From NCBI RefSeq assembly GCF_009914755.1, contig NC_060927.1: a DNA stretch of 64,000 nucleotides. One strand, given 5' to 3'. The position numbers were made by a program, and so were the translations under genes. The DNA comes from the human T2T-CHM13v2.0 reference genome, Homo sapiens. Of this stretch, positions 59,229-64,000 are shown piece after piece; the stretch's first letter is position 1; each line of letters starts with the position of its first letter. The notes below the pieces were generated by a model. That model did not search any database. It saw only the letters and a program-made list of their open reading frames with translations, and was not told the DNA's origin.

Positions 59229-60522
59229 GTCTTAGTCCATTTTCTGAGCTGCACACAGGTCTACTTGGGCCACAGCTGGGGTGGCTGAGGAGCACTGTGC
59301 TGAAATGCAGAGAGCAAGGTGGCCCTGGTCAGTAGAAGGTGCCCTCAGCCATATCCTGAAACCATTCTGCCCTTTTGGAGCTCTAGGCCCATTATGAGAG
59401 GAGCAGCCTTGAAGATCTCCACAATACCTTTGAGGTTATTCTCCCATTGTCTTGATGAATGACATCTGGCTTCTCTCTAGTTATACTAATCCCCTCATCG
59501 AAAGGTTGCTTGGCCACACCATTGCATGCTTTACATTCTTTTTGTGGACAGGCTACAAATTTTTCAAATATTTATATTCTGTTTCCCTTTTAATTATAAA
59601 TTCCATCTTTAAATACTTTCTCTTTTCTCTCATTTCACTGTATATAATTAAAAGAAGCCATGCAGCACTTTCAATATTTTGCTCAGAAATTTCTTCTGCC
59701 AGATATCCTAGTTCATTGCTCTAAAGTTCTGCTTTCCATAAAGCCCTTGGGCATGAACAATTCAGCCAAGTTCTTGGCTATTTTTTTTTTTTTTTTAACA
59801 AGAATGGCCTGTACTCCAGTTTCCAATACCTTGTTTCTGTTCCTCATTTTTGTGTGAGACCTTATCAGAATTGCCTTTACCGTTCATACTTTGGCCAGCT
59901 TCCTGGTCACAATGACTTAGTAATGTCTAAGAAGTTTCAGACTTTCCCTACATTGCCTGTTTTCTTCTGAGCCCTCACTAGAATGATACTTAAAGCTCTG
60001 TTTATGACAAAATAGGCTTTTTCTAGCCTGCTCCTCCAAATTCTTCCAGCCTCTGCCTATTACCTAGTTCCAAAGTTGCTTAACACATTTTCAGGTATTT
60101 GTTAAAGCAACAGCCCACTTCTCCTGCACCAATTTTCTGTCTTAGTCTGTTTTGTGCTGCTGTAAGAGAATACTGCAGACTGGGTAATTAATAAAGAACA
60201 TAAATTTATTGGTTCACAGTTCTGGAGGCTGGGAAGTGCAATATCAAGGTGCTGGCATCTGGTGAGGGCCTACTTGCTGTGTCCTAATGTGGCAGAAGGC
60301 ATTACATGGCCAAAGGGCAAAGTGGGTGAGGAACAGCAAGTGGAGGATGAAACTACTCCTGTAATAATGAACTCATTTCCATGATGATGACATTAGTCCA
60401 TTTGTAAGGGCGGAGCCTTTATGACCTACACACTTCTTAAAGGTCTCACTTTTTAATACTATTACAATGGCAACTAAATTTTAACATGAGTTTTGGAGGG
60501 GATAAACATGCAAACCATAACT
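59229..60522 (-). mobile_element. MaLR (MST/MLT1A-type) internal fragment plus LTR (about 60138-60522)
   Basis: LTR tgtcttagtctgttttgtgctgct...cacagttctggaggctgggaag...caaaccataac; internal part resembles 18100-19230. Confidence 0.8.
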
Positions 60523-60759
60523 GAATTTATCTTGGATAATGGGTTAATGGGCAAAGATGATCTCTGTAGTTAATTAAGAAAAGCCAAAAAAAGCCTGGTA
60601 TAAGAAAGATATTTTGGCTATAGAAGCATCAATGAATAATGGAAACAGTGATATTTCTCATCTATTTAGCATTGTACCAGCATCGTGTTAAGAGTCTAAT
60701 GTGTTTTAGATTTGGGCTGCTTAGTTCTCCAAAGACCACACTATGAAATCTATGCTATT

Positions 60760-61000
60760 ATCAACTTAAACTTCAGCCCCTCTACCCAGTCCTTCCACCC
60801 TAGGTTTGGGGGAGCATGCACTGAAAGCCCCAACCCTCTAATTATACCTTGGTCTATCTAGTGACCAGCCTCCATTCTGAGGCTATCTAGGAAGCCCCAG
60901 CTACCAATCATCTCATTAACATACACAACATACTCTTATGACACTGAAGATTCCAAGAGTTTTAGGTTCTATAAGTCAGGAAACTGGACAAAGAAAAAAT
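60760..61000 (-). mobile_element. MER21-like LTR fragment
   Basis: ctgaaagccccaaccctctaatt...gtgaccagcctccattctgaggctatctagg...gattccaagagttttagg. Confidence 0.65.
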
Positions 61001-61005
61001 ACATA

Positions 61006-62205
61006 CAGTCCTGTGTTCCTTAAGGATGGGGATACATTCCGAGAAATGTGTTGTTAGGTGATTCTTCATTGTGCAAACATCATAGAGTGTACTCACACAA
61101 ACCTCAATGGTATAGCCTACTTCACAGCTAGGTTCTATGGTATGGACTATTGCTCCTAGGCTACAAACCTGTATAGCATGTTACTATACTAAATTCTACA
61201 GGCAACTTTAACACGATGATAAGTATTTGTGTATCTAAATGTATCTCAACATAGAAAAGGTACAGTAAAAATATGCTGTAGAAGATACAAAAAATGGTAC
61301 ACTTGTCTAGGGCATTTACTATGAATGAAGCTTGCAGGACTGGAAGTTATTCTGAGTGAGTCAGTGAGGGAGTGGTGAGTGAATGTGAAGGCCTAGGACA
61401 TTACTGTACACTACTGTGGACTTTATAAACACTGTCCACTTAGGCTACACTAAATGTATTTTTTAAAATTTTCTTTTTTAATATTAAACTTAGCTTTCTG
61501 AAACATTTTTACTTTATAAACTTTTAAGTTTTTAAAAAACTTTTTGTTTCTTTTGTTATAACACTTAGCTTAAAACACAAATACATTGTACAGCTGTACA
61601 GAAATTTTTCTTTATATTTGTATTCTATAAGCTTTTTTTAAATTTTTTAATTTTTAGAAAACTTTTTAACATTTTTTGTTAGAAACTAAGACATAAACAT
61701 ACACACTATCCTAGGCCTACACAGGGTCAGGATCACCAATATCACTGTCTTCCACCTCCACACCTTGTCTCACTGGAAGGTCTTTTGGTATAATAGCATA
61801 TATGGAGCTGTCATTTCCTATGATAACAGTGCCTTCTTCTGTAATACCTCCTGAAGGACCTGCTTGAGGCTGTTTTACATCTAACTTTTTAAAAACCATA
61901 AGTAGAAGGAGTATACTGTAAGATAACAATAAAAAGTATACTGTAGTAAATACATAAACCAGTAACATAGTCACTTATTATTAATTACTGTACATAATTG
62001 TATGCACTAGACTTTTATATGACTGGCAGCACAGATTTGTTTACACCAGTATCACTACAAATATGTGAGGAGTGTGTTGTGCTATCATTTTATGACAGCT
62101 ATGATATCACTAGGCAACAGGAAATTTTTGCTTTATTACAGTCTTATGGGACCACCATTAAATATGCAGTTCATCACCAAAATGTCATTAGACAGAGGAT
62201 GATTG
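61006..62205. mobile_element. Tigger3b/Golem-type non-autonomous TcMar DNA transposon
   Basis: TA|CAGTC...ggggatacattccgagaaatgtgttgttagg...; end caaaatgtcatta...atgattg; about 1.2 kb. Confidence 0.85.
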
Positions 62206-62239
62206 TGTTTCACAGTATCACAACTACCTTTCCCCAGGT

Positions 62240-62765
62240 GACTTAGATAAGACTCAGAGATGAACCCCTTGTTTACCCAGGACAAGGTCATGTACAGAAC
62301 CTCCAAATTTTCATTCTTTATCTCACAAATGATTAGCTAAAATATTTTTCCCTATTGACCAAACTGAGAAAATGCCCATTAATTTGACTTGACCAAATTT
62401 TGATCAGGGTTCTCTCCTTCCCCCAGACCCTGAACTTTGGCCTACCCTTGAGCACTGGAACATGAAACAACCCCTGCTTAATTGACCTTCCTGAGAATCA
62501 GCTTACTTCAGGAAAACTCATTCCCTGATCAACTGTTGAATCAGGCCATGCATCGATTCCATGTCTCCACAACTGGTTCTTTCTAGTGTTATTTACTCCT
62601 CCTTAGAAAAGAAACACCCCTTTCTGCCAGACCTTTGGGATTCTTGCAGATCTCATAATCAGAGCATTCTTCCTATTGCAATAGTTCTCCCTCCTTATGC
62701 AATAGTCCTTCTCCCCTTATTGCAATAGTCTTTAAATAAGGTCTTTTCTTACCTAAGTCTGGATT
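62240..62765 (+). mobile_element. ERV1 LTR, MER31/MER67-like
   Basis: tgcagatctcat...ttctcctattgcaatagt repeats; ttacctaagtctggatt near the end. Confidence 0.55.
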
Positions 62766-63800
62766 TTTATTTTTAATATACTTTCTCTAGAGCAGTTTTG
62801 GGTTCATGGCAAAATTGAATGGAAAGTACAGAGATTTCTAGTATAGTTCCTGTCCCCACACAGGTATAGAAGCTTCTCACATTATCCACATCCCCCACCA
62901 GAGTGGTACATTTATACCACTTGATGAACCCACATTTACACATCTTCACCCAAAGTCCATAGTTTATATTAGGGTTCACTGTTGGTGTTGTACATTCTAT
63001 GTGTTTGAAAAAATGTATAGTGACCAAATAAGTCCATAGTTTTACCTTTTCCAGCATATAATATATTTGGAATCATACAGTATGTAGTTTTTTCCCATTT
63101 GCTTCTTTCATGAGTAATATGCATTTAAGTTTCATCCATATATTTTCATGGCTTGATAACTCATTTCTCTTTAGTGCTGAATAATATTCCATTGTCTGGG
63201 TGTAGTAGAGTTTATTCATCCATTCACTTACTGAAGGGCATCTTGGCTATTTCCAAGTTTTGACAATTATGAATAAAGCTGCTATAAACATCCATGTGCA
63301 GGTTTTTCTGTGAACATAAGTTTTCAATTCCTTTGGGTAAATACCAAGAAGCATAATTGCTGAATTGTATGATAAGAGTATGTTTAGTTTTGTAAGAAAC
63401 CAACAAACTGTCTTCCAAAATGGTTATACCATTTTGCATTTCCACCATCACTGAATGAGAGTTTCTGTTGCTCCACATCCTCGTCAGCATTTGATGTTGC
63501 CAGTGTTCTGGATTATGGACATTCTAATAGGTGTATAGTAGTAACTTATATTGTTTTAATTTGCATTTTCCTGATAACATATGATGTGGAGCATTTTTTC
63601 ATATGCTTATTTACCACCTGTAAATCTTTGATGAGGTGCCTGTTAAGGTATTTGGCCATTTAAAAAATCAGATTGTTTGAGTTCTTTGTTGAGTTTTAAG
63701 AGTTATTTGTATATTTTGGACAACAGTCTTTTATCAGATATGTCTTTTGCAACTATTTAATTCCAGCCTGTGGCTTGTCTTTGCATTTTCTTGATGAATT
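62766..63800 (-). mobile_element. L1MB/MA 3' fragment
   Basis: ORF2 C-terminal-like peptide 63224-63490 and L1MB-type 3' UTR. Confidence 0.85.
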
Positions 63801-64000
63801 TGTTTTTCACTTGATAGATTTTTTAGAAAAAAATTGTAAAAAACTTTGAAATGGCAAAACAAAAAAGATTGTCTTGCTAGTGCACTTTTCAGAATTATCT
63901 TTTTTTCATTGTCTTTGAGCTAATTTGCCATGTTGTAAGCTTTAGAATACCAATAATCATGGTTCTTCTCCTTAGAAATGCAAATAAACTGCATCCAAAA

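Overview
Primate (human-like) genomic DNA, AT-rich and dense in repeats; I found no intact protein-coding gene, RNA gene or CRISPR array. Bases 1-6443 are a defective HERV9 provirus: partial 5' LTR12, tRNA-Arg PBS, decayed gag/pro, pol lacking RT and integrase, env TM only, and a complete 3' LTR12. Where integrase/SU should be, it carries a second RNase H and connection relic from a different retrovirus. The rest is a mosaic of about 22 Alu/FLAM copies, a near full-length L1M with nested MST and Alu insertions, solo LTRs (MER11, MER84-like, THE1, MER50, LTR18A, MLT1, MER21) and DNA transposons (MER1B, MER5, MER94, Tigger3). The most interesting non-repeat signal is a series of exon-like segments (about 7.9-55.5 kb), all on the minus strand, in the unique islands between repeats. 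Most have canonical splice sites, lengths divisible by 3 and compatible phases, but there are scattered stops and frameshifts. This is a candidate decayed multi-exon gene or spliced lncRNA that I cannot name. Repeat subfamily names come from recalled consensus sequences, not a database search.
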